Positions 48,487 to 62,289 of a DNA stretch of 64,000 nucleotides are shown in pieces. This stretch comes from Octopus sinensis (lineage: Eukaryota). The number at the start of each line of letters is the position of its first letter. Positions within the stretch are counted from its first letter, which is position 1. Location of the stretch: NCBI RefSeq assembly GCF_006345805.1, contig NC_043015.1, positions 14,508,001-14,572,000 on the forward strand, read 5' to 3'. The notes under the pieces were generated by a model that was given only the letters and a program-made list of their open reading frames with translations, ran no database searches and was not told the origin of the DNA. The position numbers were made by a program, and so were the translations under genes.

Positions 48487-50288
48487 TTTATGTATAATTT
48501 CCATGTTGACTTAGGTTGGATGGGTCATCATGATCTGAGCAAGCTCTTATTTGTGGTTAGATATATTGAAGAGTTTAAAAGACATTTGAGAGCAGAATAG
48601 ACATTAGCTGAGTTTGGTATGTTGAATGTGTAGTTTGAATGTATGAGATAGGCACATTCATAATAACACAGGTTCTAGGTTCAATTCTTCTGCATGTCTT
48701 GTTTACAAGTCTTCTCTTATAACTTTGGGTGTGTATGTGCACATGCATATTAATACATCTATAAACACAGAAAGGCAAAACATCCAAGAATAGTAGGAGT
48801 TGGAACTATAGAAGTATATGGAAGAAAACAGAGAGGCAAAAGTAACTTATGGGAAAAAAAAAAAGAGATGCAAGGGAGATAATGAGTTGGATATTCTTCT
48901 ACCTGTCATATGAGCTGTGGTGCAAGGTAATTTCACAGTTAATGAATTAGAAGAGACTGAAATACAGTAATGTAACCATAACTAAAAAGAAAGCTGTATA
49001 AACATATTGACAAACATATGATCCCCTCCACTCTGTTGTGATCTGACACACTGACTTCTTCCACACTTCATACCGCATTATCCTACTTTGCTGTTATATA
49101 ATCTTTCTCTCATTTTGCCATTTATACTCTGATTCTGACTTTGACAAAGGCACGACCCAAAATATCTCTTAAGGAAATACTAGTTGTTTTTTCTGTTTCC
49201 AAATAAATAACACAGTTAGTTTAACTTTTCATATTTATAATTTTCCAATTTATTCCTGAAGCCACAAAGTGCTGTTAACCTACCTAACCTACCAAGTGTA
49301 TGTGAGTTGGGAAGAGTTGTATAGGATATATTGGTATCCCGTTTTGTGTTCAGAGACATTGGTTGTTACATAACACTATGTAACAAAATTTTAATTTTTT
49401 TTGCCTTTAGTCAGTAAATGTTATTTCCTATTTGCTTCTATCTAGAAATCAAAGGAAATGATTACAATTCCCTTCAAAATTTGCTATTGTGACCTGGACA
49501 TCAAGGTTTTCAAACTGACCTATTTTCCATTACATTTCAGACAGATTCAGTGCTGAGTTGCTGTAGTAGAAATATCATTATAGCAAATATTCTGCTCAGT
49601 ACCACAGATTTGCTTGTCAGTTGCTTGACCATAACCACTTGAGCATATCCCTTAGTGGCTGACAATATGTGCATCTCTGATCATGAGCAAGAGTAGTGGG
49701 GGCCCATTGTAGCCACATGTTGAGAGGGATTCTTTGGGGTTTGAATAAATGTAAGAAAAGCAAAGTTTGAAGGTAATATTAGCCATTTTTCATATTTTCT
49801 TACGGTAAGCAAGTAGGACAAAAATTTGTTGCACAGTATAATAGAACTGCCATAGTAAAACTCCATCATCTTGTCATCACCAGAATTCAGTCCTTCAAAA
49901 ACAGATTGGCCTATAAAACAAATGTGAACGGCTACTCTACCAGGCATCACATAACTAAACACTGCATGACAGAATGTACAACTTAGTCTTAGAACAGGTT
50001 TAGATGTTAGCCTTTTAAGTACAGAACTTATGGGTTATCATCAACATTACTCAGTTAATTCCATACCAAATATCTGTTTGAGGACAATTGATTGGGGTTA
50101 CTCATTCAACTTCTGCAGTTTTCATCAAAAATTCCGTGTGTATGTAACTGGAAAGTTTTATTATGGGGAAGTGTGACATAAACACAACTTCCTATTATAA
50201 AGAAACTTCTTTTTGTTATTTGAAAGTATATCATTTTTTTATGTATAACTTGATTATTATTAATGTTTTTTTTTTAATATTTTTGTAG

Positions 50289-50356
50289 GTACCATTGGCT
50301 TCTTCTCCTGCTTTTGGTTTGTTTCTAAGATCTATAGTGTAGTCAAAGTGGACTAA
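50289..50356 (+). CDS. TM9SF2: TM9SF2 last coding exon (GTIGFFSCFWFVSKIYSVVKVD*)
   Basis: tgtag acceptor; 68 nt to TAA; C-terminal KxD motif typical of TM9SF Golgi retention. Confidence 0.97.
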
Positions 50357-50611
50357 ATGCTGATTATTTGTATTTTGAACTGTCACTTGTTCAGCAGCCA
50401 TTTCTGTCAAGTCTTACGTGTAAGCAAAAACAGATTATGCATTGAATGGAAGGAAACTTTGAAGATTGCAGTCATCTTCTTTTTTTTTTTTTTTTTTTTT
50501 GTTGTATTTTCAATTTTGCCAATCTCCATAAGTGCACCAAACGGTGGGGTGTGAATATTGTTTCTTTATTGGAAACATTTTCCTTTTTTACTTGACATTA
50601 ACACATCGCTT

Positions 50612-50617
50612 AATAAA
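50612..50617 (+). terminator. Candidate proximal polyadenylation signal (AATAAA) of TM9SF2
   Basis: First AATAAA about 255 nt after the stop; chance hexamers are common in AT-rich DNA. Confidence 0.35.
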
Positions 50618-51483
50618 GCCTTCCTTTCTTAGAAACATATAGATAACTGGCTGACAAGCAGCCAAGTACAGAAGTATTATTTTTATATAGTCTCTGGTAT
50701 ATAATAGAAGCAATTAAAAAGATCAAGGAATTTAGGACAAATGGGGTCATCCGTTTCATTTAGATGTTCTCTCTTATTAACTCAACTGAAAATATTTTCT
50801 GAAGAAAAATTGTAGTTCTACTACAAATGGTTATTCATCTTTCTCTTCATTTCTTAAATATAACTATTTTTCTTTTTCTCATGAAACTTTGAAATTCCAT
50901 ATCACTCCTTTAGCTTTACTCAAAGCAGATTTCTGGTAACCAGGTAAGAAAGAGTTTATAAGAAAAGAAAAAAAAAAAGGAAACAAAAAAGAAAATTTGT
51001 TTGGTATTTTGATGTTTTGTAGTGGTTTTTATGTTTATTAGTGTATTGCCTATTGGTTAAGTTATAAGCCCTCTATGTTAAGGACTTAACACTATTTTTT
51101 CTGATTTTTGTTATTTTCATAAATTCTAACTGCTGGTTTTTAAGATCTAATAGTATTGTTGGAGATCTTGGAAAACTAAATTGTAAACTTTACATCATAA
51201 ATTTCAGTTTGCATAAAATTAGTTTACAATTCAAGAGAAGATTTTAATTCTGACAATCTGTTATCTCAGCCCTTCTGCATTCTTCCATGTATATAATATC
51301 TAATACACTAATGCTAAGTATTATAATACTAACTCTATACATATACGTACATATATATACATATATATATATATATTGACTCTAAGTAATACTTATTTGA
51401 CAAAGGAATTCCATAGAGGAGAAACTGCAGAGAAGGAAATAAGGTTGTCATGGTACATTAATTTTTCATGAAATCGGGTGTTA

Positions 51484-51590
51484 AATAAAGTTTTATGTAA
51501 CAAAATAATTTAAAATTTGTTCTAGATTTTTCTTTTGATATTTAAATATTTAGTTTTGCTGAATTGAAACCTGTGAAACCATAGAATAAA
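51484..51590 (+). terminator. Candidate distal polyadenylation signals (AATAAA at 51484 and 51585)
   Basis: Two hexamers near the end of a repeat-poor AT-rich 3'UTR-like tract, just before repeats resume. Confidence 0.35.
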
Positions 51591-51717
51591 TATTCTTTAT
51601 TGCGGTGCAGATCAGGCTTCCCTCACAAGCACATGTTTTCAAGTTCAGAGGGCATGTGTCTTTTACTTTGAAAGCCTTGTGAGTGCATTTGGTAGACAGA
51701 AACTAAAAAAAGCCCAT

Positions 51718-51784
<67 letters not shown>

Positions 51785-53127
51785 TGTGTGTGTCTGTGTG
51801 TAATTTGCATAAATGATATGAAAATAAGATAAGAGAAATAACAATGTCCAGTGGTATGTATTTGAGCAACAAAAATGAATAGGGTTATATTAGAAAACAT
51901 GCAAGATAAATTCATGATTTATTGGTTTCCAGAGATGACGTGGCAATTGGGATCATCCTGAATGAGAAGGGGAGATAATCTCAAATATCCATCAAAGTGG
52001 ACATGCCATGAAGAAAAAGCAGACGAGTGTCTGGACATTATGCATCGACAGCAGTTTCCCTACCTTATCTCTGGCAAATAAGGCACTTATATATACATAC
52101 ATACATACATACATATATATATAGTTGATACAAATTACCTTGGCTGTAAATGTATTCTCTTTGTCTAGCAGTTTTAATGATAGCATTTTCTCTGCTGAAG
52201 AAAGTCTACACTTCATACTGCTTCTATGGTAAGTTTTGCATTTATCCAGCAACGGCCATATGATGGTATATTGTGCAGCAGTTTCTGTCAATAATCTTTT
52301 GTGTCTCCCCAATGTTATGACATTACATGACTCAAATTCTTAAAGAGGAGAGTATTGGTTGTTGACACTAGCTATGAATTCTCACTACTGAACTCTAAAA
52401 GTGGGATATTTTCCTCTTGTCCTCAAAACCATAAATATAGCTTAACCAACAGGCTGGTTCAGTCATAACAGTAAGGGTTGGCTCTTTCCCCATTAGTTGT
52501 TTTCTCACCACATGTACTGCTATACCCCTGCCACACACACACAGCACCTATATGTTTATGCAACCACATATTTGCTTTAAAAATCCCTTCCTTCATCTCT
52601 GTCTCTCTTTCTTCTCCCTCATCGACTGCACCTCATCCAACCCTCTCATCCCCAAAGCGTAAAAAAAAAGAAAATGCGGTGACCAATTACTATCTGAATA
52701 CTAACATACAGAACAACAGTTAACAGAAACTAATCTAAGGGACATAACTGCGATGGCTAAAGTGCTAGTCTTCACTATTTTACTGAAGGTTTGACCATTC
52801 TTTTTTTCATCCATGAGTTATTTATTGTTCTGGGAGTTTTACATCTCAGACCCATAAACTGGGTACAGTGGCTTTGGGCCTCCAGTAATAAATAAACAAA
52901 ACCATATTTTTCTCTTTTAGCATGGCTGGTGATTGTTAATTTACCTTTTTACTCTTGGAAGCTTCTTCCACATGAAATGTAATATATATATATATATATA
53001 ATATATATATATATATATTATATTTAAAACAGTTTCATTCAGCCAAATCAAACTGTTTTAAATAATGATATATGTAACTCTTGCTAAATGTGTTGAGTGC
53101 CTCTTTCTTTTGTTTGTACGCTTACCA

Positions 53128-53197
<70 letters not shown>

Positions 53198-53199
<2 letters not shown>

Positions 53200-54028
53200 G
53201 GATAAGAGAAATTATAGAAGGAATACATCTAGTCAATCAATACAAATTCCAAAGCATAATTTAAAGCACACAACGAAATAAATTTATATAGACAGATGAA
53301 TAAAATTGCACGTAAAAGTTATATGTGAAAACTATGCCTCATGTACGTTGGGTTCACATACCGAATGGAGAAATGACAAATATAGAGATAAAAATCCAAG
53401 GTAAGGGCTTCCAAAAGGAAATGTTACAATTGATTAAGAATTTGATGTTTATATGAGTTATCAGATGAGAGATCAAAATTTGAAATTCAGAGGTAAATAA
53501 ATTTGGTAAAATATTATGACATAAGATAAATATACAAACTCAGGGTTAAAGGACATCATCTATGGTTGCTTCAGGAGTACATTAAATGTATAAATGGCAT
53601 TTTAATTATTCCATACACAAAACCATAATGCCCCACCTCATCAGGATGGTTTACCTCGTGATGAAATCCTACATGATAATTTGTATATTTATCTTAATAA
53701 TATTTTACCAAATTTATTTACCTCTGAATTTCAAATTTTCATCTCTCGTCCGATAACTCATATAAACATCAAATTCTTAATGGATTGGAACATTTCCTTT
53801 TTGAAATCCTTACCGTGGATTTTTGTCTCTATATTTGTCACTTCTCCATTCGGTATGTGAACCCAATGTACATGAAGTATAGTTTTCACATATGACTTTT
53901 ACATGTAATTTTATTCATTTATCTATATAAATTTATACATATATTTATTTTGTTGTGTGCATTAATTTATGGCTTGGAATTTGTATTGATTGCCTAGATG
54001 TGTTCCTTCTATAATTTCTCTTATCCTT
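53198..54028. repeat. Long inverted repeat: arms about 340 bp, spacer 141 bp
   Basis: 53198-53538 is the reverse complement of 53680-54028 at high identity; the left end abuts (TA)n. Confidence 0.92.
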
Positions 54029-54229
54029 CGAGTTAGCTCACAATGAGCACTTCTTAATACAGCTCATATATTTTGAAGTATACTTGAAAACATACTTTAT
54101 AAGAAAATTTTATTTTATTTATATATATATATTGTTACATTTGGGGATGGTAATATTTTCTGCCAATTAACTATATACACTATATACTTGGTCTTCACTC
54201 TTGTTTTAATATTATTCTTATTTTAGTGT

Positions 54230-55010
54230 CCTTTGTCTGAAATCTTTCATCACACATCCTGTTATCTCTTCAGTGACTCACCATCCCATTAGTCAAGGTT
54301 GAGGGCTTCTTTAGGCCATATCCAGATATAAAGTCATCCCAAAGTAAGAAAGGGATGAATGATGATTCATCAGAGAAGATGACATTGTCCCATTGAGTCA
54401 TTGACCACTTCTGATAGTTTTAACACCATTTAAAAAAAAAAAATGTTTTGCTTATCAATGTTGATAGCAACAGGAAAAGTTTAGCAATTGTGGCCCTCCC
54501 TTCATATCCAACTTTATGGAGCTCATAACAAATAGTTTCAGTTGACATGGGGTTAGCAAGGTTTAATTTTTGCTACTGTTGTTCAGTGGTTTTAAACTAT
54601 GTGTTTCACTGTTCTGCAATCCTCTCTCTGTGAGAGTTGCCTTATGCCCAGAATTATGCTTGCCAGAGTTAGGTGGTTTTACCTTGGTTTTGGGATGCCA
54701 ACATGATTTTAGAGACTGTACCTCTCAAAAGATTAAATAATTCAACAGTTTTAGTGACTAAAACTCCAGCCATCCATGCTCCAACAATCATTTCTCTTCG
54801 GAAATCAAATGTCATGCATTTTAACTTGTTTAAATATAAATATCTGAAAAAAAAAAGTATAACAGGGGGCTATATCATGAAGAACATAATATACATAATG
54901 CACATGAACACATATAGAGAGACTAGAACAGTTTTGGATTTATCATATTGTCTATAATAAAAAAATGTAAGTAAAAAGTGATGTTTTCATTATTTTGGCC
55001 AACCCCTGTG
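54230..55010 (-). mobile_element. Decayed Tc1-type element, 5' part
   Basis: TIR CAGGGGTTGGCCAAAATAATGAAAACATC; degenerate translation DFRREMIVGAWMAG...TVSKIM...ELHKVGYEGRATIAK. Confidence 0.75.
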
Positions 55011-55999
55011 TATAAAGATGTGTGTGTGTACACACACACACTAAAGAGTGGGAGTAACCAGGGTGTTACTGGAAAGGGATAAAATAGTGATGAAATGCCA
55101 AGGTGGACTCTGAAGATACATGAAGGTGAATAGAGATGAAGAATAAGGGTTGTTAAGAAGTAGTTGATGATATATACACAAAGGGGAGGATATGTATGTG
55201 TGTGTGTGTGTATATGTTGGTTTGGAAGATGGATGTTAAAAGATGAGATGACGTGTGTTTGTGTGACTGTCTCTTCATGTCTGGTAAACAAACCATCCAA
55301 CCTCAGTAGTTCTGTGTGTGAAGACATGAAATAAAATATTTTACTTGATATGAAGGGCATCTGATTTTCATGTACTGTCTAAAGATGTGTTGTGCAACCT
55401 ATGTCTGCATAGAATAAGTGAACATACAGACGATAAATACAATGATCTTACTTCAGATTTGTTCGTTGATAATTCTGATTATAATTGGGCATACTTTCTG
55501 TGAAGTAGGGTCAATTGATTTTGTTTTGTAATAAAATATAATTGGATATAATTATATAATACAATAAAATATAATTGGATACAATACTATTAATGATAGA
55601 TATGAATGTTACCCTATAAGATATGTGTGATATTTGTGATTGTATTGTTATTATAATGTTAGGTGTTATTGATATTGAGATAATTAATCTTTTCAGTGGA
55701 TTGGTAAAACCAGTAGAGCATTGAATAAAATACCTTGTAGTATTTTTTTCCAATTCTTCACATTTAGAGTTAAAATCCCACTTGGGCCAATTTTATGTTT
55801 CGGCCTTCTGGGTTCGATAAAATAAAGTACCTGTCAGCTCAATGTCATTAACTGTTCCCTTCCCACAAATTTCGGTCTTGTGCTTATGTTGAAAATTATT
55901 GAGAAGGATTGGCAGAATCATTGACAACCGATAAGTCCCTTAACCCTTGGGGGTGGGGGTCATTGGGATGCTGCAGCCATGCAGTGTATCTAGAGTGAG

Positions 56000-56313
56000 A
56001 AAGCCTGGCAGAGCCCATCCCTCTCCAGGCCTAACTCATTTCTACAGCTGAGTGGACTGTAGCAATATGAAATTAAGTGTTTTGGTCCAGGGATTGAAAC
56101 CATAATATTAGGGTCATAAATCCAACACCCTAACTACTAAGTGACATGCTTCCACTAGTGGTACTCCTTTCTACAGCTGAGTGGAGTGGAGCAATGTGAA
56201 ATGAAGTGTTTTGCTTAAGAACACAATGCATTGCTCTGTCCAGGAATCAAAAACACAATCTTACAATCATGAGTCCAACACCCTAACCACTAAGCCATGC
56301 ACCTCCAGAATTA
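56000..56313 (-). mobile_element. Tandem SINE head fragments, family C (gcatggcttagtggttagggtgttggactcatgattgtaagattg)
   Basis: Related heads at about 28250-28350, 29300-29415 and 40800-41115. Confidence 0.75.
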
Positions 56314-57404
56314 TTAGAGCATCAAAAAAAGGGATGGGGATTTTGGCTCAATGTAAGCATTCTGAGTTCAAATCTCACCTATGAAGACTTTGCCTTTCAT
56401 CCTCTTGGATTGATAAAATAGAATACCAGTCATGTCCTGGAGTCAATGTAATCAACTTACTCTTTGAAATTTATGGTGTTGCTTCTATGTTAAAAACCTT
56501 TATTACTTCTGTCTGTGATTGTTTTGGCATCAGAAATAATCTATTAAGCAACATTGACTTGCTTTCTAGAGCAAAATAATTTTTGTGTTAATTTTTGGGA
56601 TGTTAAACAAGTACTAACACTTTCTGAAAGTTAATTTAACCTGTCAGGAGAAAAGGGGACATGCTGGGGACAAATAAAAAAAAAGAAAAGGATGGATTTG
56701 TAAGGAACAAGTTGCTTGCAGATGGCATCTATGAGCAGAATGTTTGAAACTACAGTAAATGCATGATTAATGTACAGAAGAAAGATTGTACAAAAACACA
56801 GGTGTCTTGGGAAACACCTGAGTCTGTAATGTGGGTTGGCGAGAGTGCAAACTCTGATACAGAAATCAATGATTTGTTCTGCTAGCAAGATAAAATGCTG
56901 ATAATGGCCAAATAGATGATTATTTTCTCTGGTAGTAGTTCTTATAAGTGCTTTTCTTGGAAGTAGCAGCAGTAGTAGCCAATGTATAGGCAGAAGACAT
57001 AAAAGCTTTTTCCTTTGTTATTATTAGACTGAATAAAACTAAAATATATAAATGGGAGGTGGGGTAGAATGAGTAATAGTTATTGCATTCTTGAAAAACA
57101 AGATTGCTTTTGCAAGTGTCCACAACCTTACAAAAACGATATATAAGCTAAACAAACGACCGTCTCTAAATGCATTAAAAACACTAAAACATATTTTAAA
57201 CACTATTTCAGAAAATTATCTGTTTTCTTTGAATAGGAGCAGTTGTGTGGTAAGTAGCTTGCTTACCAACCACATGGTTCTGGGTTCAATCCCACTGCGT
57301 GGCACCTTGGGAAAGTATCTTCTACTATAGCCTTGGGCTGACCAAAGCCTTGTGAGTGGATTTGGTAGATGGAAACTGAAAGAAGCCCGTTGTGTGTATA
57401 TATG

Positions 57405-60092
57405 AAGCCTTTGATAAAATAGGGGATATAGCATCACATGATGTGGAAGACAACTGGAGATTTCTACGGGACAGCCTGCTGAGGGCCACTGACTAGATCT
57501 GTGGATGATGCAAAGTCCCCTCTAAACTCAAGGTAATGTGGTGGTGGAACAATGTTGTTGACAGGGCTATTAGAGAAAAGAAACAGACTTAGAAGGACAG
57601 GAAGGATGATGGTAGCAGGGAATTGTATCAGAATGCCAGAAGGGAAGCTAGGAGACAGGTTTATTTAGCCAGAGGGGAAGCAGATAAGAAAAAAATTGTC
57701 AATGTTCTGTGCTGTGAAGACCAAAGTCTTGAGGTATTTCTCGTTGCAAGACAGTGTGTGAGAGAGTATTGTGATGTCGTAGGAGAGAAATGTATCTGCA
57801 TGGATGATGGTTCACTTGCATTAAACAAGGTTGCAAAGAGAGGTTTGGAGACGCCACTCTGAAAGGTTGCTCAATAAAGAGAATGAATCGGAGAAAGAGA
57901 GTCTGCCAAATGTCAACCCGACAGAAGGATCAACTATCCGAATTGACAGTACCTTGGTAGATAAAGCAATTAAGAGTATGAAGACAGGGAAAGCCCCCAA
58001 CCCATCAGGAATCACTGCAGAGATGCTCAAAATATCTGGCGGTGTAGGCTATAGCCTAGTCACCCATACAGTTAACCAGGTGATACATAAAGGAGTCATA
58101 CCCAATGACTGGTGTAGCAACACCATAGTCGACTGCTACAAAGGTAAAGGTGACGCTTTAGATACGAATAATTACAGAGGTATCAAGTTGTTGGATCAGG
58201 TAATGAAAGTCACGGAGAGGGTCAGTTAGATGAGATGCAGTTTGGGTTTGTGCCCGGGAAAAGCACCACTGATGCTATATTTCTGGTAAGGCAGCTGCAG
58301 GAGAAATACCTAGCCAAAGATAAACCTCTGTACCTGGCTTTCATTGACATGGAGAAACCCTTTGACAGGGTCACCCAATCCCTTATCTGGTAGTCAATGA
58401 GGAAACTAGGGATAGATGAATGGTTAGTGAGAGCTGTGCAAGCCATGTACAGGGATGCTGTCAGTAAGGTGAGGGTTGGCAATGAGTATAGTGAAGAATT
58501 CTGGTTAGAGGTAGGGGTCCACCAAGGTTCAGTCCTCAGCCCCCTCCTATTTATCATAGTCCTCCAGGCAATAACAGAGGAATTCAAGACAGGATGCCCC
58601 TGGGAGCTCCTCTATGCTGATGGCTTTGCTCTAATTGCTGAGAAGTTTCAGGTGTGGAAGGAAGGGTTAGAATTGAAGGGCCTTAGAGTTAACCTAGCTA
58701 AAATCAAAGTCCTAATAAGTAGGAAGGCAGGCAAACCACAAATCCCTTCAGGTAGATGGCCCTGCTCAATTTGTAGAAAAGGCGTAGGTAGAAACTCTAT
58801 AAGATGTACCCAGTGTAAGCTATGGTGCAGCAATATCAAAGGAAGGCTATCTGGGAAGATAGTTTTTGTATGTGGCGGATGCTCAGGAGTAATAAACACT
58901 GAAAATGTGCAGAGAACAACTGCCACATTCCAGGGAGAAAAACTACTAGTAGTTGACAGCTTCTATTACCTAGATGACCAAGTCAGTAGCAGGAATGGGT
59001 GCTCTGAAAGTGTAGCTACTAGAATAAGAATAGCATGGGCAAAGTTCAGGAAGCTCCTACCTCTGCTGGTGACAAAGGGCTTCTCGCACAGAGGAAAAAG
59101 GTAGACTGTATGACACATGTGTACGAATAGCCATGCTACATGGCAGTGAAACATGGGCTGTGACTGCTGAGGACATGCGTAAGCTTGCAAGGAATGAAGC
59201 TAGCATGCTTTGCTGGATGTGTAATGTCAGTGCATAAACGAGAGAGTGTAAGTGCTTTGAGAGAAAGTTGGACCTAAGAAGCATCAGATGTGGTGTGCAA
59301 GAGAGACGACTGCACTGGTATGGTCATGTGGTGAGAATGGATGTGGATAGCTGTGTGAAAAAGTGTCACACTCTAGCGGTTGAGGGAACGTGTGGAAGAG
59401 GTAGACCCAGGAAGACCTGGGATGAAGTGGTGAAGCATGACCTTCAAACATTATGCCTCACCAAGGCAATGACTAGTGACCAAGACCATTGGAAATATGC
59501 TGCACTTGAGAAGACCCAAGAAGTCAAGTGAGACCATAAACCATGGCCCATGCCAGTGGTTTAACCAGCCCACTTATGTGTATCTTTACTTCATTGCTTG
59601 CAAAGATCTGTTGAGGCAAGTGAAATTGAAATCAAATTTGATTGACTGGCATCTGTGCTAGTGGAGCGCTAAGAGCACCATCCAAGTGTGATCATTGTCA
59701 GGGCTGCTGACTGGCTCCCGTGCCGGTAGCATGTAAAGAGCAGCATTCAAGCGTGATTGTTACCAACATCACCTTACAGGCACGTGAAAGACAACATTTG
59801 AGTGAGGTCATTGCCAGTGCCGCTGGACTGGCTCCTGTGCAGGTGGCATGTAAAAAACACCATTTGAATGTGGCCGTTGCCAGTACCGCCTGACTGGCCC
59901 TCGTGCCGGTGGCACATAAAAGCACCCACTACACTCTCAGAGTGGCTGGCATTAAGAAGGGTATCCAGCTGTAGAACCTCCACCAGATCAGACTGGAGCC
60001 TGGTGCAGCCATCTGGCTCGCCAGTCCTCAGTCAAACCGTCCAACCCATGCCAGCATGGAAAGTGGAGTTAAACGATGATGATGATGATGAT
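57405..60092 (+). mobile_element. 5'-truncated RTE-clade LINE (about 2.7 kb); RT disrupted (YADG instead of YADD, frameshifts); (GAT)n tail
   Basis: KGKGDALD..NYRGIKLL, GVHQGSVLSPLLF, AWAKFR..LPLL, RWYGHV, GRGRPRKTW peptides; 3'UTR ends gttaaacgatgatgat. Confidence 0.95.
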
Positions 60093-60822
60093 ATATATAT
60101 GTATGTGTATATGTTTGTTTGGCCTCCCTCCACCGTCACTTGATAACTGATGCTGGTACATTTATGACGTTGTAACTTAGCGGTTCGGTGAAAGTACTAG
60201 GCTTGCAAAGAATAAGTCCTGAGGTCGATTTGCTCAACTAAAGGCAGTGCTCCAGCATGGCCACAGTCAAATGACTGAAATAAGTAAAAGAATGCAAAAG
60301 ACAAATTTAGGTGGGACAAAATGAGGAAGACAAAGTAAGGTAAATTTGCCTCTTCAGTTCTCTAGAATTACATTTGAAAAAAGGCTCATACATTTCAATA
60401 TCTATCTTTAGACATCAGGAAGATCAGAGATGCAACTAAAATTTAAAATATCTAGGTCAAATGAAAGTTTGACCTAGATATTTGAAAGAATGGTACATGA
60501 TATGTAAATCAAAACTCTATTAAATCTAAAAAAAATCAATTTAAAATATTCTCTATAGCTTCTCCATGACCTACGGAAATGGTCCTTTTCCTATTATATT
60601 AGCACATGATACAGTTAAAAAGTAGAAATTATTGAAATTAGTGAGACCTTTGAATGTTTCATGGAATCAATGGTAAACCTATTGAGTTATTTCTGAAAAC
60701 TTTATCCAAAAAACCTGAAAGTGTAGCCTGTGTTGTGTCTTTATAGAAAGATGGTAACTCATTCGCTGCTCATTGAAAAATGAAAGAAATTGGAAAACGA
60801 TGATTACTTGATGCACTTTATA

Positions 60823-61226
60823 CTCTCTCTTTTTTACTCTTTTACTTGTTTCAGTCATTTGACTGTGGCCATGCTGGAGCACCGCCTTTAGTCGAGCAAA
60901 TCGACCCCAGGACTTATTCTTTGTAAGCCTAGTACTTATTCTATCAGTCTCTTTTGCCGAACTGCTAAGTTACAGGGACATAAACACACCAGTTGTCAAG
61001 TGATGTTGGGGGACAAACACAGACACACAAACATACACACACGCACACACACACACATACACACACACACATATATATATATATATACATATATACGACG
61101 GGCTTCTTTCAGTTTCCAACTACCAAATCCACTCACAAGGCTTTGGTCGACCCGAGGCTATGTAGTGGGACTGAACCTGGAACCATGTGGTTTGTAAGCA
61201 AGCTACTTACCACACAGCCACTCCTA
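60823..61226 (-). mobile_element. SINE family A, full length
   Basis: Closely similar to 10943-11342. Confidence 0.9.
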
Positions 61227-61274
61227 CTTTATATATACACTTTATATACTCTATGTACAATTTTATAGACTTAA

Positions 61275-61659
61275 CTAGCAGAAGTAATTTTATCGATTTT
61301 TTTTCGTAATTAGGAGTTATTTTGACCGAAAAAATGTTTTGGTCCAGGGATTGAAACCATAATATTAGGGTCATAAATCCAACACCCTAACTACTAAGTG
61401 ACATGCTTAGCTGAGTGGAGTGGAGCAATGTGAAATGAAGTGTTTTGCTTAAGAACACAATGCATTGCTCTGTCCAGGAATCAAAAACACAATCTTACAA
61501 TCATGAGTCCAACACCCTAACCACTAAGCCATGCACCTCCAGAATTAAGTTATGGTATTTAGAATATTAATTCTGATTTTTTCATCCACTAAATTTGGAA
61601 TTATGTAAATATATGAATTTTCAACATACATACATACAGAGAAAATCTTCTTTTTAAGA
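61275..61659 (-). mobile_element. Helitron-like non-autonomous element containing a 213-bp copy of 56078-56313
   Basis: Minus strand A|TC...(TATG)n...CTGCTAG|T; shares ctgctag and tttatcgattttttt with the 42192 Helitron; 3' hairpin absent. Confidence 0.55.
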
Positions 61660-62289
61660 TAATCAGCACTTATAAAATAAATATTCACTCTTTTTTTCTA
61701 TTTTCCCTATAAACAAAAAAAACAAATCCCATACATACGATACAACCATTAATTAAATTGCATATATCTGCCTTGTAAATAAGCATGAATGTTTCACAGA
61801 ATTGCACTTATGTGTTAAAATGATAGGTGATATAAAAAAATTTAGTCCAATTAAAAAAAAAACATACACTTTTCACTATCCAATCACCATGCCTCACTTA
61901 CACATTTTGCCCTGCTACCAGAATTTTGCAAAAAAAAAAAAAAGAAGAAAAATTAAAAAGTATTTAAAAATTTACAATACCATGTTTGTGTAGAATATGC
62001 TGTATCTTTAATGCAAAGACCCCCGTCCCGTTTTTTCGTAGTAGATCATCAGCTATTTACTCTACTGGCCTGGGAGTACAAATTTCCTTTCTCATTATTA
62101 GGACATGGTAAAGCTAAAACTAGGGTGAAATATGTGGTGAAAGAGAAATATTTCTTAATGGCTAATACTTCTTTATTAGCAAGTATTCCTATATTTACTG
62201 ATGAAATAGTGTCATTCTTTGGCAAGTTCAGCATGACTTGCCAAAGTAATTAACAAGCAAATTACTAAATATAGAGAGACGTTTATATA

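Noticed and set aside
52169-52235. Exon-like segment with ctag acceptor and ATG|gtaagt donor; also a minus-strand donor at about 52140
   Set aside because: No recognisable peptide, no partner exons, and such sites occur by chance in AT-rich DNA.
53600-53680. CTGATGA on the minus strand and GTGATGA on the plus strand in the spacer of the long inverted repeat
   Set aside because: No GAAA or stem II/III at workable spacing; not a supportable hammerhead.
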